A stretch of 64,000 nt of DNA from Candidatus Sulfotelmatobacter sp. (GCA_049584315.1 JBAUXO010000355.1:87558-151557), one strand, 5' to 3'. Positions 1 through 10,952 are shown, numbered from the stretch's first letter. Notes: generated by a model from the letters alone, not told the origin. Numbers and translations: made by a program.

Positions 1-1114
1 AGTTCACTCGTGAAGTGACAACATCCTCCATGGTGGTGCCGGGAACCGCGCCCGGTATCAGGGAACGAACCAGAAGCCGGGCTACGGAAGCATTGCCGTC
101 GGGGAAGTGAAAGATATAGGGCTCGGCCTGTTCTGGCGAGTCTTCACGGCTTTCCAGTTTCATTCCCTCGAAGCCGGGATAGTCCATCTCCAGACAGTCG
201 AGCGCTGAGACAGCGTCAATGCCAACTGCATACAGTCCATGAGGCGCTGATTGAAAAACTTTCACTACCTCCGGGTCAACCTTCACGTACTGGAGCAAGA
301 AATCCTTGTAGCTAATCTTTCTTAGCTTGCGGCGCTTCTCTTCCGTAGAAAGCCCCGGCAGATAATCGACGGTCGTTTCCTGCAGGCGAGCCAGGTCTTT
401 GCGCGCCGCCTCGGAAATCGGAATCTGCGCCAGAATCTCGGGCGGGTAGGTCAAGCCAAGGTAGTGTGTTCCGAAGCCAGGCAAGCAGCGGTCGACACCG
501 AAAGTTTCTTTGTCGAAGAAAGTCGCCCGCTTCAAACCCATATTTTTATAAAGCTTTTGGTCGAAGTACTTGTAAAAGCGATCGACCTCGATTCCCAGTT
601 CCTGCAGGAGGCTGAATGCTTCTTTGCTGTAGTGATGGGGCGCTTCCAGCGACTGTGTTCCTCCATAGCCGATTAGCAGTCGCTGACCGCTCTGGAACTC
701 GTTGCGTTTCGCGTGTCCACCAAAATCGTCGTGGTTATCAACCACCAGGATTTTGGCCGCTGGTCCCGCGAACTTTCGAAAGAAGTAGGCCGACCCCAGG
801 CCGCTGATGCCGCCACCCACGACTACAAGATCGTAAGATTCCTTTTCGTCGACGGCTTCCGGCCAGGTCTGGCCGTCGCGCATTTCGTGGGCTACTTCCC
901 AGGATCCATCGTGGCTGCCCCGCATTCCTGTCTTGGCAGGTGGGTAATAGCTGGGATCCTTCTCCGGAGCGGAATCGGGCGCAGACACCGCTTCCAGCCA
1001 GGCCGGACTGCTGGCCGCCAGCGAGGCACCCACTGTGACAGCACAACCGTTCAGAAAATCGCGCCGCGTTATGGTGCGGTCCATTCCCAACGCCCGATCT
1101 CGCTCTTTGCTCAT
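1..1114 (-). CDS. Tat-exported FAD-dependent oxidoreductase, SpdH (spermidine dehydrogenase)-like, paralog 4; 3' end outside window
   Basis: Absent from the ORF track because it runs off the window edge. My reverse-complement translation starts at the ATG (complement of 1112-1114), which follows GGAGAGG. It reads [26 protein letters not shown]...[20 protein letters not shown]...VVDNHDDFGGHAKRNEF...[27 protein letters not shown], colinear with the paralogs at 7057, 8976 and 11481. Confidence 0.8.
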   Translation of the reverse strand, partial: MSKERDRALGMDRTITRRDFLNGCAVTVGASLAASSPAWLEAVSAPDSAPEKDPSYYPPAKTGMRGSHDGSWEVAHEMRDGQTWPEAVDEKESYDLVVVGGGISGLGSAYFFRKFAGPAAKILVVDNHDDFGGHAKRNEFQSGQRLLIGYGGTQSLEAPHHYSKEAFSLLQELGIEVDRFYKYFDQKLYKNMGLKRATFFDKETFGVDRCLPGFGTHYLGLTYPPEILAQIPISEAARKDLARLQETTVDYLPGLSTEEKRRKLRKISYKDFLLQYVKVDPEVVKVFQSAPHGLYAVGIDAVSALDCLEMDYPGFEGMKLESREDSPEQAEPYIFHFPDGNASVARLLVRSLIPGAVPGTTMEDVVTSRVN

Positions 1115-1218
1115 CAGCCTCTCCTCTGCGAAAACGACTTTGCCTAGTTCCAGAATCTAGCTCCCGAGTGAGCCATCGAACACAACTTGCCCCTGCTCAC
1201 CTCGCAATCTCGTCCGGC

Positions 1219-4200
1219 CTAAAAGGTCATTCGCAGAGCCAGCTGCAGGATTCTCGGGGCGTAGGTTCCGCTGATTTGGCCAAAGGTCCCTGAGGTGACG
1301 TTCGTGGCCGCAGGCGGTCGGAATTCTGCATGATTGAAGATATTGAATGCTTCGGCACGGAAGATAAGTTTCGTCCTCTCGCCCACGAGATCGGTTGACT
1401 TTTCCAGCGCCAGGTCAAGGTTGGAATGCCGCGGCCCGTGGATTGAATTCCTCCGGTACGTTCCATAGAAGCCCAGCGGACAGGTATCGCCGCTTATCTG
1501 GATGCACGGGTCCAGCCCGAATGCATTGGGATTGAACCAATAGTTTCCCGGCACACCGTTGAAGGTTTGCAGCCGCCGGGGATTAAACGTCGGCACGGAA
1601 CTGACGAATTGATCGGCTCTGACGATTTCTCCATCTCCAGCTCCTGACGGACCTGGCTGCGTGGAGAGTTGGGGAACACCGGCAAGGAAGTCCAACGGGA
1701 TTCCCGATTGAATGAAGTAAATAGGATAAAGGCTCCAGCCGCTGGTCAGACGTTTGGGGGCTTGCTCCCAGGTTTTGGCGAAGGGCAGTTCCCAACCTCC
1801 GCTCAGAGCAAATCTTTGCCTGAGGTCAAAATCTGAGTTGCCGTAGAATTCGTTGTGATCGTAGTAAGGAATAGAAGCAACCCGCGAATTGAATCCCGTT
1901 CCGTTGTCGAGGTTGTGCGACCAGGTATAGGAGCTGGTAAAGAACACGTTCCCGATATACCTCACATCCTCCGCTCTCTTCGTCAGGCTCGCGAGCAGGC
2001 CATTGTAATTCGCGTGGTTGAGGCCATCGAAGGTGGGGGCGTAACCGTAGGTGTTCGGATCGGCATTCGGATTCGAGGCCAAAAGCTCCTGATTTAGGAT
2101 CCGCGTGCTGGTCCCCAGAATCATCGGGTTTTGATCCACCCAGGTGAGCAGCTTGTGAGAAGAACTTCCGACGTAGCCAAGCTCTGCCATCAGGCCGTTG
2201 GCCAGTTGGCGCTCAACGCTCAGGTTGTACTGATAGATGAAGGGAGTTTTCAGGTGGATGTTTACGAAGTTATTGCCCGATCCCAAAAACGGCGTGAACC
2301 CCGCGTTCGTAAAGTTGATGTTCGATGGGGGCGGCTCCTGCGAAGGGAAGGGGTCGGCCACGCCACCTGTCTCGTACGGGTTCGAGAGAATCGGGCTAGG
2401 CGCATTGGTAGGAACCTGGTTTGGTGCAAAACCGAAGCTCGTACCGCCGGCCCAGGGCGCTTCGTCGGTTGCCCAATCTGACATCCAGCCGTTGAGCGTG
2501 TCAAAGAACAACCCACCCCCGCCACGGATACTGGTTTTTCCGTTGCCGAAAGGGTCCCACGCCAAGCCGATGCGCGGTGAGGCATTCGTATGGTCGGGGA
2601 AGTACCAGCCGCGGGGCGCTCCCGGATCGCCGGGAACCAGGAAGCCAAGCGGCGCCCCGGGAAACTTTATCGACTGTGCGCCCGGGACGATGCTGAAACT
2701 GTATCCATGGGTATCGGTTTCCGGACTCGTGTACTCATAGCGAAGTCCGTAGGTCAGGGTAAGGCGCGGCGTCACTCTCCATTCGTCCTGGGCGAACAAG
2801 GCATACTGTCGTTGATGCTCGTTGCTGGGTGCTTTCGAATATTCGCCAAACCCGTCCGATGCGCCGAACAAAAAGTCCGCGAGATCGTCTCCCGACCCGA
2901 TTCCGGCAAGTCCAGAGAGGTAGAAAATCCCGTTGGTCTGGTACGCGTAGATCGAGTTTTCCTGCATGAGGCCGAAGCGGCCGCCGAATTTGAAAGTGTG
3001 GTGCCCTCGATTCAAGGTCAAAGTGTCGGCTAGCGCGTAGTTGTTGTCGGCCTTCCACACCACGTTCGGATTGAAACCCAGGTTCATGCCGCTGGCGAAT
3101 TGCAACGACGGTGGCCCGAAGGGGTCGTCGGACAGAATGCCGACGCCCAGTTGCGAGGGCGTGGGCAAATGACTCGTGGGGAGGACGGTTTCATAGAAAC
3201 GCTGTGCCGTTACCAGCAGTTCATTCAAGGTGGAGAGCGAGATGGTTTTTGTGTAGGCGATATTTCCGAAATAGACCCAGGTCGTATCCGCAGCGGTAAA
3301 CCCGGCAATGTTGGCCCCAAAGAACGGGTTAAGGATCGGTTCCTTGTTGGCGCCAAGCGACAGGGAGATGCGATCGTTTCGCGTGGCGTAGAAGTCAAAC
3401 TTACCCACATACTGATTGACATTGTCCTTCTCTGGCTCCTGCGGAAAGACTTCTCCGCTGGGCGAAGTCGGGATAATGCCGGCGGCGATGTAGTTGTGGG
3501 CAACCGAATTGATCTTCGTCGGATCGATAATTCCTTGCGCGGCTAAACCTGGATTCGATTGATAGTACGGGTGCGGGCTTTGGGCGCAGTTTCCCAGATT
3601 GTTGGGTAGGACGATGGCGGGATTCCCTGTCAGATAGCATGCCACAAGAAGATTGTTGCCTTGTGAGGCCTGCGAGAAGTCGCCGTTTAACTCGGCAGGG
3701 GTGTAGGTTGTCACGAACCCCTCATTGACGGTTGCCGTCTGGCGCTGCCCCTGATAGCCAAAAAAGAAGAAAAACCGGTCTTTGCCATTCAGCAACTTGC
3801 CCAGTGTAATCGGACCGCCAATCACACCCCCAAACTGATTGCGCTTCAGCACTTGGCGAGGATTTCCCAGTTCGTTGTCGATATAGTCATTGGCGTTAAA
3901 TGCGTCATTGCGCAAGTATTCGAACAAGCTTCCATGCAACGTGTTGGTTCCTGACTTGAGTACCACACTGATGGTGCCGCCTCCGTTCCGGCCATATTCG
4001 GCGGTGTAGTTGTTCTCGAGAAGTTTGAATTCTTCCACGGCTTCAGGATTGGGATTGAATACCACCTGGTTGCTCGTGGTTCGATTGTTCATGCCGCCAT
4101 CGAGGAGGTATGTGATGGCGTCGCCGCGTCCTCCCGCCACGGTGATGCCCCCGAGTCCGGTTTCGGTGGACCCGCCATTGCTTGTGCCGTAGGTTCCAAT

Positions 4201-4743
4201 GTCATCCGCGATAGGAAGAACGCCCGGCTGGGTCAGTGCCAGGTCCAGAGTATTGCGTCCGTTGAGAGGAAGGTCCTGGATGGCTTTGCCGGTGACCGTG
4301 CCCCCGATCGTAGGATTCACCGTCTCCACCTGGGCAGCCTGCGATTGCACTTCGACAGTTTCATTCGCAGCTCCCACCTTTAAGCGAATGTCGATACGCA
4401 GCGCCTGGTTAATGGTGAGTTCCTGCGCTTCGGTCGTGGCCTTGGCGAAGCCGCGGCTCTCGACCGTTACCTTGTACATGCCGATAGGCAGGTCGAGCAC
4501 CTGGTAGCTCCCCTTGCCATCGGTCGCTGTGTTCCAGTTCACATTGGTGCCGGCGTTGGTCACGGTCACTTCGGCACCGCCCACGGCCGCTCCCTGAGGG
4601 TCAGTGACGATGCCGATCACTCGTCCGTTGGTGTCTTGTGCCCAAAGGGAAACTCCGAAGATCAAAACGGCGAGAGACAGAGTGATTGCCGCCCGCCGCG
4701 TGCAGGGTGAGCAGGAAAAACGCTTGCAGCTTCGAAGTGCCAT
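1219..4743 (-). CDS. TonB-dependent-receptor-like outer-membrane protein with carboxypeptidase-regulatory-like N-domain (TBDR-1)
   Basis: From ORF 1219..4872. I set the start at the internal ATG 4743, which has GGAGGG 6 nt upstream and gives the signal peptide MALRSCKRF...LAVLIFGVSLWAQ. GRVIGIVTDPQGAAVGGAEVTVTN...YKVTVESRGF is CarboxypepD_reg-like. The rest is a long G/N/Y/F-rich barrel sequence ending LALRMTF, with the terminal Phe typical of OMPs. Confidence 0.85.
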   Translation of the reverse strand: MALRSCKRFSCSPCTRRAAITLSLAVLIFGVSLWAQDTNGRVIGIVTDPQGAAVGGAEVTVTNAGTNVNWNTATDGKGSYQVLDLPIGMYKVTVESRGFAKATTEAQELTINQALRIDIRLKVGAANETVEVQSQAAQVETVNPTIGGTVTGKAIQDLPLNGRNTLDLALTQPGVLPIADDIGTYGTSNGGSTETGLGGITVAGGRGDAITYLLDGGMNNRTTSNQVVFNPNPEAVEEFKLLENNYTAEYGRNGGGTISVVLKSGTNTLHGSLFEYLRNDAFNANDYIDNELGNPRQVLKRNQFGGVIGGPITLGKLLNGKDRFFFFFGYQGQRQTATVNEGFVTTYTPAELNGDFSQASQGNNLLVACYLTGNPAIVLPNNLGNCAQSPHPYYQSNPGLAAQGIIDPTKINSVAHNYIAAGIIPTSPSGEVFPQEPEKDNVNQYVGKFDFYATRNDRISLSLGANKEPILNPFFGANIAGFTAADTTWVYFGNIAYTKTISLSTLNELLVTAQRFYETVLPTSHLPTPSQLGVGILSDDPFGPPSLQFASGMNLGFNPNVVWKADNNYALADTLTLNRGHHTFKFGGRFGLMQENSIYAYQTNGIFYLSGLAGIGSGDDLADFLFGASDGFGEYSKAPSNEHQRQYALFAQDEWRVTPRLTLTYGLRYEYTSPETDTHGYSFSIVPGAQSIKFPGAPLGFLVPGDPGAPRGWYFPDHTNASPRIGLAWDPFGNGKTSIRGGGGLFFDTLNGWMSDWATDEAPWAGGTSFGFAPNQVPTNAPSPILSNPYETGGVADPFPSQEPPPSNINFTNAGFTPFLGSGNNFVNIHLKTPFIYQYNLSVERQLANGLMAELGYVGSSSHKLLTWVDQNPMILGTSTRILNQELLASNPNADPNTYGYAPTFDGLNHANYNGLLASLTKRAEDVRYIGNVFFTSSYTWSHNLDNGTGFNSRVASIPYYDHNEFYGNSDFDLRQRFALSGGWELPFAKTWEQAPKRLTSGWSLYPIYFIQSGIPLDFLAGVPQLSTQPGPSGAGDGEIVRADQFVSSVPTFNPRRLQTFNGVPGNYWFNPNAFGLDPCIQISGDTCPLGFYGTYRRNSIHGPRHSNLDLALEKSTDLVGERTKLIFRAEAFNIFNHAEFRPPAATNVTSGTFGQISGTYAPRILQLALRMTF

Positions 4744-4974
4744 ATAAAGCCCTCCGGCCGAAATCGAATTTATTAACCGGTACGGATCGCAGAGACAGAA
4801 GTCCAGAAGTTTGAAAACAGATAGGGTAACGACGCGGGAACGGCTCATCGAAGGCGTGGACAACATCGTCACAAAAGACTGCGCACGGCATATGGGGCAA
4901 CCTCGGCTCCTGACGCGCCTTTGAGTCCGAATTATGCGTTGCAGATTCCGCCCAAACCTTACGAGAATTGTGGA

Positions 4975-5004
4975 AGGTTAGAAAAGTATCGCCTTCAGTG
5001 TCAA
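4975..5004 (-). promoter_or_regulatory. Putative sigma70-type promoter of TBDR-1/paralog-4 operon carrying the shared block TTGACA-N18-TAACCT
   Basis: The reverse complement reads TTGACActgaaggcgatacTTTTCTAACCTTcc. The same architecture occurs at 5203-5231 and 13574-13603. Confidence 0.5.
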
Positions 5005-5202
5005 GCGGAAAATTCCTATCGAGCGAAAGCGTTTCTTAAATCGCCCGAGCGCTCCCAGGTCGCCAGGTTCCCGGACCGCACAATACCCAGAGGGAATGGG
5101 GCTCTTCGCTTCGTCATAACGCAAACGCCCGACGTTGGCGGTACTGAGGGTTGAAATCTCCCTTCGCGGGTGGAGCGGTCCGAGGAGTGGCTTTCATTCT
5201 TC

Positions 5203-5231
5203 TTGACAGGGCTCGCTAGTTTTTCTAACCT
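5203..5231 (+). promoter_or_regulatory. Putative promoter of the ggt-spdH-like operon (TTGACA-N17-TAACCT, shared block)
   Basis: TTGACAgggctcgctagTTTTTCTAACCTTgc, followed by TATAGT at 5240-5245. It is divergent from the copy at 4975-5004. Confidence 0.5.
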
Positions 5232-5300
5232 TGCGGACTTATAGTAATGTGTGCTGCGAGACGCAGCCAATCTCTGCTCCGCAATAGCGGTGGAACTTTC

Positions 5301-6980
5301 ATGCGGGTTTTGACGGGCCTGTTCATGTTGTGGTGCCTTGGGTTGCAGCCAGCCTTGGCCCAGGACCGCGACTATGGTCGCTCCATGGTAGTGACGGACC
5401 GCGGCATTGTGGCTACCAGCCAAGTTCTAGCTTCCCAGGCTGGCGCCCATATGCTTGAGCAGGGTGGTTCGGCTATCGACGCGGCGATTGCCGCCAATGC
5501 CGTGCTGGGCGTAACTGAGCCCATGATGAACGGCATCGGTGGCGATCTGTTTCTGCTCTATTGGGTTGCAAAGAGCGGCAAGCTGTACGGGTTAAACGCA
5601 AGCGGGTGGGCTCCGCAAGGCCTCACGATCGATTTCCTGAAGAAGCAAGGCATCACCTCGATGCCTGACGATGGAATCCACAGTGTCACGGTGCCGGGAG
5701 CCGTGGATGGTTGGGCGAAGGCTCATCAGCGTTTTGGAAAATTGCCTTGGAAAGTCTTGTTTACACCTGCGATTTACTATGCCGAGAACGGCTATTTTGT
5801 CCCTGAAATCATCGACGATTTCTGGCGTATCGGGCGCACCAGGTTGAAACAGACACCGGAAGCGCAGCGTGTCTTTCTTCCCCATGGCAAGCCCCCTGCC
5901 GTGGGCGAAAAATTCTCCAATCCCGATCTGGGGAAGAGCTTGCGATTGCTGGCGGACAACGGACCTCGGGAGTTCTACGAAGGCGAAATTGCGAAAGCAA
6001 TCCTCAAGACATCGGACTCTCTGGGCGGGACCATGCAAGCCGGCGACTTGACGGAATTTTCTTCGGAGTGGGTTGATCCGATCTCGATCGATTACCGCGG
6101 GTGGAGAGTCTACGAACTTCCTCCTAATGGGCAAGGTATGGCTGCGTTGGAAATGCTGAATATCATGGCTGTCTCGCAGCCGGACAAGCAGGGCCCACAG
6201 GGGACGGTAGAGCTCAACAAGAAGATCGAAGCGATGAAGCTCGCCTACACCGACCTGTATCGCTACAACGGTGATCCTCGCTTCGCGAGTATCCCGGTGC
6301 GAGGCCTGCTTTCGAAAGAGTATGCAGAACAACGTGCCGCGTTGATTGATCCGCAGAAAGCGAATTGTGCCGCGGTCAATGGTACGCCGGCAAAAAGCGA
6401 CACCACGTACCTGGCCGTAGTCGACAGGGATGGCAACATCGCTTCCGTGATCCAGAGTGTGTACGACTATTTCGGTTCTGGCGTTGCGGTGACAGGCATG
6501 GGTTTTCTGCTGCAGGATCGAGGGGGACTATTTGTGCTCGATCCCAAACATCCGGATGCGCTCGCCCCGCACAAGCGTCCCTTCCACACCATCATTCCTG
6601 CCTTCATGGAGCGGGGAGACCAACACATCGGATTTGGGATTATGGGCGGTTCCAATCAGCCGCTTGCGCATGCGCAATTCGTGTCTGACGTAGCGGACTA
6701 TGGCTGGAACATCCAGGCAGCTCTCTCCGCTCCTCGTTTCACTATCCGCGACACCGGAGAGCCGATCAAGTGCACCATTGTTCTGGAGTCGCGGGTCTCG
6801 CCCGAAGTGCAGAGTCAATTGCGACAGAAGGGCCATGATTTGGTTCTGCGAAAGGATTATTCCGCAGTGATGGGACGGGGGCAGGCAGTGCTTCACGATT
6901 CCACAACTGGCACGAATTTTGCTGCCTCTGACCCGCGAGCCGATGGCTCCGCCGAGCCGGAGGCAATGCCAAACCAGTAG
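5301..6980 (+). CDS. ggt: Gamma-glutamyltransferase (periplasmic), paralog 1
   Basis: From ORF 5247..6980. The signal peptide begins at the internal Met at 5301 (MRVLTGLFMLWCLGLQPALAQ). GGT blocks are ASQAGAHMLEQGGSAIDAAIAANAVLGVTEPMMNGIGGD, the nucleophile-Thr context KSDTTYLAVVDRDGN, and GFGIMGGSNQP. Confidence 0.9.
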   Translation: MRVLTGLFMLWCLGLQPALAQDRDYGRSMVVTDRGIVATSQVLASQAGAHMLEQGGSAIDAAIAANAVLGVTEPMMNGIGGDLFLLYWVAKSGKLYGLNASGWAPQGLTIDFLKKQGITSMPDDGIHSVTVPGAVDGWAKAHQRFGKLPWKVLFTPAIYYAENGYFVPEIIDDFWRIGRTRLKQTPEAQRVFLPHGKPPAVGEKFSNPDLGKSLRLLADNGPREFYEGEIAKAILKTSDSLGGTMQAGDLTEFSSEWVDPISIDYRGWRVYELPPNGQGMAALEMLNIMAVSQPDKQGPQGTVELNKKIEAMKLAYTDLYRYNGDPRFASIPVRGLLSKEYAEQRAALIDPQKANCAAVNGTPAKSDTTYLAVVDRDGNIASVIQSVYDYFGSGVAVTGMGFLLQDRGGLFVLDPKHPDALAPHKRPFHTIIPAFMERGDQHIGFGIMGGSNQPLAHAQFVSDVADYGWNIQAALSAPRFTIRDTGEPIKCTIVLESRVSPEVQSQLRQKGHDLVLRKDYSAVMGRGQAVLHDSTTGTNFAASDPRADGSAEPEAMPNQ

Positions 6981-7056
6981 CGGGGCTGGTTTTCTGGGAG
7001 GGGTACCTTTGCGTCCCAGCATCGTCCATGAATATTGAACGCTTCGTCGTGAATCC

Positions 7057-8970
7057 ATGAGCGAAGAAAATCGCGACCGGCAGTTGGGAATGGGACGGCG
7101 CATCACACGGCGCGATTTCCTCAACGGCGTTGCCGTAGGCATCGGAGTGCTAGGTTACGCCAGCCTGCCCGATCTGGCTCACGCTACCCATGCTGCATTC
7201 CAAGCGGGCGCGGATTCCGCCAAATTCTATCCGCCGGCTTTGACAGGAATGAGAGGCAGCGCGCCGGGATCATACGAGGTTGCCCACGCATTGCGCGATG
7301 GAGCTTTCTGGGAAACCGCTGGAAGCCCCTCGGACACGAACGAAACGTATGATTTAGTCGTAGTCGGGGGCGGCATCAGCGGGCTGGCTGCGGCTTATTT
7401 CTACCGCAAGAATGCCGGCCCGAGTGCGCGCGTTCTAGTCCTCGATAACAACGACGATTTTGGCGGGCACGCCCGGCGCAACGAGTTCCGCGTGGACGGA
7501 CGGCTGCTGTTGAGTAACGGCGGCACCCAGTCAATTGAGAGTCCCTCGGAATACAGCGAAGTGGCCAAAGGCGTCCTCCGTGATCTGGGTGTCCAAACGA
7601 AGGCCTTTTATAAGGCCTACGATCAGAAGTTGTATTCGCATCTCGGTACCGCCTGCTTCTTTGACAAGGAGACCTTTGGTGAGGATCGCCTAGTAACTGG
7701 AATGGGCACGACTCCTTGGCCCGAGTTTCTCAAGAAGAGTCCCTTGCCGGAAGAACTACAGCAGGGGATTGCCCGTCTGTACGATGGGAAGAAGGACTAT
7801 CTTTCCGGCCTCTCAAAAGAGGAGAAACATGCGCGCCTGGCCAAGATCAGTTACGCGGGATTCTTGACCGAGATTTGTAAAGCCGATCCCGGCGTCTTGC
7901 CATTTTTCCAGAGCTATACCCACGATTTGTATGCCGTCGGAATTGATGCGGTCTCAGCGCTTGCCTGTTATAGAAATCCCGACGACTACGGGGCATGCCA
8001 CTACGCAGGTCTTGATGGAATGAACCTAGGCGGAGACCGGGAAAAAGAAGAACCCTACATTTTTCATTTTCCCGATGGGAATGCGTCCATCGCCCGCTTG
8101 CTGGTGCGCAGTCTCATCCCTGAAGCGGTTCCAGGTCACACCATGGAGGATGTGGTTACCGCAGGTGCCGACTACAGCAAGCTTGATCAATCGTCATCTC
8201 CGATGCGAATTCGCCTGAACTCAACCGCGGTGCGGGTACAACACTCCGGGCAACCAGAGTCGGCCAAAGAGGTCGAAGTCTCGTATGTCCAAGAAGGAAA
8301 GCTGAAGAAGACAATAGGGAAGTCCTGCATCCTCGCCTGTTACAACACCATGGTCCCATATCTTTGTCCCGAGCTGCCGGAAAAGCAAAAAGAAGCTCTG
8401 CACTATGGCGTGAAGGAACCATTCATTTACACCCACGTTGCGCTTCGCAATTGGGCGGCATTCCACAAACTGGGGATACGACAAATCGTCTCGCCGGGAA
8501 GTTACCACAGCTTTACTATGCTCGATTTTCCTGTCAGCCTGGGCGCGTATCAGTTTCCCAGCAACCCGCAGGAACCAATGGTGCTGTTCATGTTGCGGAC
8601 TCCCTGCAAGCCGGGGTTGCCGCGCCGAGATCAGTACCGGATGGGCAGGTTTGAACTCATCAGCACGCCATTTTCCAGGTTTGAACGCAATATCCGTGAA
8701 CAGTTGAATCGCGCACTGGCGCCGGCTGGATTCGATTCCGCCCGCGACATTGCTGCAATTACGGTCAATCGGTGGGCGCACGGTTACGCCTACGAATACG
8801 ATTCTTTGTTTGATCCGCACTGGGCGCCAGAAGAGCGACCTTGCGTCATTGGACGAAAACAATTTGGTCGAATCTCGATTGCGAATTCCGACGCCGCGGC
8901 CAGCGCTTATACGAACGCAGCAATTGACCAGGCCTATCGTGCGATTCAAGAACAAGTGAAAGGTGTGTAA
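7057..8970 (+). CDS. Tat-exported FAD-dependent oxidoreductase, SpdH-like, paralog 1
   Basis: 637 aa. Twin-arginine motif [17 protein letters not shown], dinucleotide fold [19 protein letters not shown], and family blocks [16 protein letters not shown] and [21 protein letters not shown]. Confidence 0.85.
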   Translation: MSEENRDRQLGMGRRITRRDFLNGVAVGIGVLGYASLPDLAHATHAAFQAGADSAKFYPPALTGMRGSAPGSYEVAHALRDGAFWETAGSPSDTNETYDLVVVGGGISGLAAAYFYRKNAGPSARVLVLDNNDDFGGHARRNEFRVDGRLLLSNGGTQSIESPSEYSEVAKGVLRDLGVQTKAFYKAYDQKLYSHLGTACFFDKETFGEDRLVTGMGTTPWPEFLKKSPLPEELQQGIARLYDGKKDYLSGLSKEEKHARLAKISYAGFLTEICKADPGVLPFFQSYTHDLYAVGIDAVSALACYRNPDDYGACHYAGLDGMNLGGDREKEEPYIFHFPDGNASIARLLVRSLIPEAVPGHTMEDVVTAGADYSKLDQSSSPMRIRLNSTAVRVQHSGQPESAKEVEVSYVQEGKLKKTIGKSCILACYNTMVPYLCPELPEKQKEALHYGVKEPFIYTHVALRNWAAFHKLGIRQIVSPGSYHSFTMLDFPVSLGAYQFPSNPQEPMVLFMLRTPCKPGLPRRDQYRMGRFELISTPFSRFERNIREQLNRALAPAGFDSARDIAAITVNRWAHGYAYEYDSLFDPHWAPEERPCVIGRKQFGRISIANSDAAASAYTNAAIDQAYRAIQEQVKGV

Positions 8971-8975
8971 GAAAT

Positions 8976-10952
8976 ATGGCTGACCGCAAGAATGAAGACG
9001 GCTGTCGATCTCGCGACCACGCGCTTGGCATGCACCGCAACATCACCCGCCGGGATTTCTTGAACGGCGTGGCCGTTGGCGTGGGTGGCGCGCTGGCCAA
9101 TCCATGGATGGGCAGATTGCTCTTGGCTCAAACCGGTACCGCCTCCGCGCAGGACCACCCCGGTTATTATCCCCCAACTCTCAACGGAATGCGGGGAAGT
9201 CATCCCGGTGCCTTCGAAGTCGCACACGCGTTGCGTGACGGAACCTTCTGGGAAAAAGCCGGCAAGCCGATCGAGACCGGCGAGGAATACGACCTGGTGG
9301 TGGTCGGCGGCGGCATTAGCGGTTTGGCGGCGGCCTACTCCTATCGCAAGCAAGTCGGGCCTTCAGCTCGCATCCTCATTCTGGACAATCACGATGATTT
9401 TGGCGGACATGCCAAAAGAAACGAGTTCCACCTCGGTGGGAGGATGCTGTTGACCAACGGGGGAACTGTCTCCATCGAGTCGCCGTTTCCTTACAGCAAA
9501 GAAGCGCGCGGACTGCTTGCCGAGTTAGGAATTGATCCCCCGGCACTCGAAAAGAAGTATGCAGACAATCGCGCCTCCGGCGGTCTTGGATTTGGCTACT
9601 TCTTCGACAAGGAAACGTTTGGAACCGAGCGCCTGGTCACGAACGCGCCTGGAGGCTACGGTCGACAGGGTGGGTCAGCAAAATGGGCGGAATTTCTGGC
9701 GCGAACTCCGATGTCGGCTCAGGCTCAACAGGATATTGTCCGCATTCAAGAAGCCAAAGTTGACTATATGGAAGGAGTAGATCAAGAGGAAAAGAAGGCC
9801 CGGCTTTCCAAAATGAGCTACAAAGATTTCCTGCTCAATGTGGTGAAGGCTCACTCCGATATCATTCCTTTTTACCAGACTCGCACTCACGGGCTGTATG
9901 GGATCGGCATCGATGCGGTTCCGGCGCTAGATTGCTGGGCCATCCACTTTCCTGGATTTCAAGGCATGGGTCTCGATCGCGTGCCTTCAAAAGGCTTGAC
10001 CTTCACTGCGCTGGGAGAAGTAACACCCCAAGAGGAATTTCACTTTCACTTTCCCGACGGCAACGCGTCGATCGCGCGCATGTTAGTGCGGTCGTTAGTG
10101 CCGGGTTCTGCTCCCGGGAACACGGCCGAGGATATCGTGACGGCCAGAATGGACTACTCTCGCCTGGATCATGGAGATTCTCCCGTCCGGATACGCCTGA
10201 ACAGCACCGCGGTGCTGGCGCGGCATGTGGGAGACTCTGCTTCCGCCAAACAAGTCGAGGTGGTGTATGGCCGCGACCAAAAAGCGTACAGCGTACGTGG
10301 CAAAGCAGCGGTGCTGGCGTGCTGGAATATGGTCATTCCGTATCTTTGTCCGGACCTGCCTGCGGAGCAGAAAGAGGCGCTCCACTATGGCGTTAAGGTG
10401 CCCCTGGTTTACACAGTGGTGGGCCTCCACAGCTGGACTGCATTTCACAAGCTGGGAGTCCGGGGCATCTCCTGTCCGGGGATGTATCACACTTCCATGA
10501 ATCTGGATCAACCCGCAAATATCGGTGACTATAAACCTCAGCCCGAGTCTCCGGATGAGCCCATCTTGGTGCACATGCTGCGCACCCCGTGCCAGCCGGG
10601 TCTTTCTGCCAGGGAACAGCAACGTGCCGGCCATTATGATCTGCTGGGTACGTCATTTGAGACTTTTGAGCGAAACATTCGCGACCAATTTGTGCGGGTG
10701 TTAGGCGGCGGCGGTTTTGATCCTGCCCGCGACATAGAGGCGATTACGGTCAACCGCTGGCCCCATGGATATGCCTACGAATACAACCCTCTATGGGATC
10801 CAGATTGGCCCGAGGGTAAGCGACCGTGTGACATTGCACGCCGCACCTTCGGACGCATCACCATCGCGAATTCCGATGCTGCTGCAGCCGCCTACACCGA
10901 TCAGGCCATCGATCAAGGTTACCGGGCTGTACGGGAATTGTTGTCCAGCTAA
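8976..10952 (+). CDS. Tat-exported FAD-dependent oxidoreductase, SpdH-like, paralog 2
   Basis: 658 aa, starting 5 nt after the paralog 1 stop. Motifs: [72 protein letters not shown]. Confidence 0.85.
   Translation: MADRKNEDGCRSRDHALGMHRNITRRDFLNGVAVGVGGALANPWMGRLLLAQTGTASAQDHPGYYPPTLNGMRGSHPGAFEVAHALRDGTFWEKAGKPIETGEEYDLVVVGGGISGLAAAYSYRKQVGPSARILILDNHDDFGGHAKRNEFHLGGRMLLTNGGTVSIESPFPYSKEARGLLAELGIDPPALEKKYADNRASGGLGFGYFFDKETFGTERLVTNAPGGYGRQGGSAKWAEFLARTPMSAQAQQDIVRIQEAKVDYMEGVDQEEKKARLSKMSYKDFLLNVVKAHSDIIPFYQTRTHGLYGIGIDAVPALDCWAIHFPGFQGMGLDRVPSKGLTFTALGEVTPQEEFHFHFPDGNASIARMLVRSLVPGSAPGNTAEDIVTARMDYSRLDHGDSPVRIRLNSTAVLARHVGDSASAKQVEVVYGRDQKAYSVRGKAAVLACWNMVIPYLCPDLPAEQKEALHYGVKVPLVYTVVGLHSWTAFHKLGVRGISCPGMYHTSMNLDQPANIGDYKPQPESPDEPILVHMLRTPCQPGLSAREQQRAGHYDLLGTSFETFERNIRDQFVRVLGGGGFDPARDIEAITVNRWPHGYAYEYNPLWDPDWPEGKRPCDIARRTFGRITIANSDAAAAAYTDQAIDQGYRAVRELLSS

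Noticed and set aside
713-1147. Plus-strand ORF of 144 aa, and the minus-strand ORF 738..1046
   Set aside because: Both lie inside, and out of frame with, the strongly supported minus-strand SpdH-like paralog 4 (1-1114). Their sequences are Arg/Gly/Pro-rich shadow translations.
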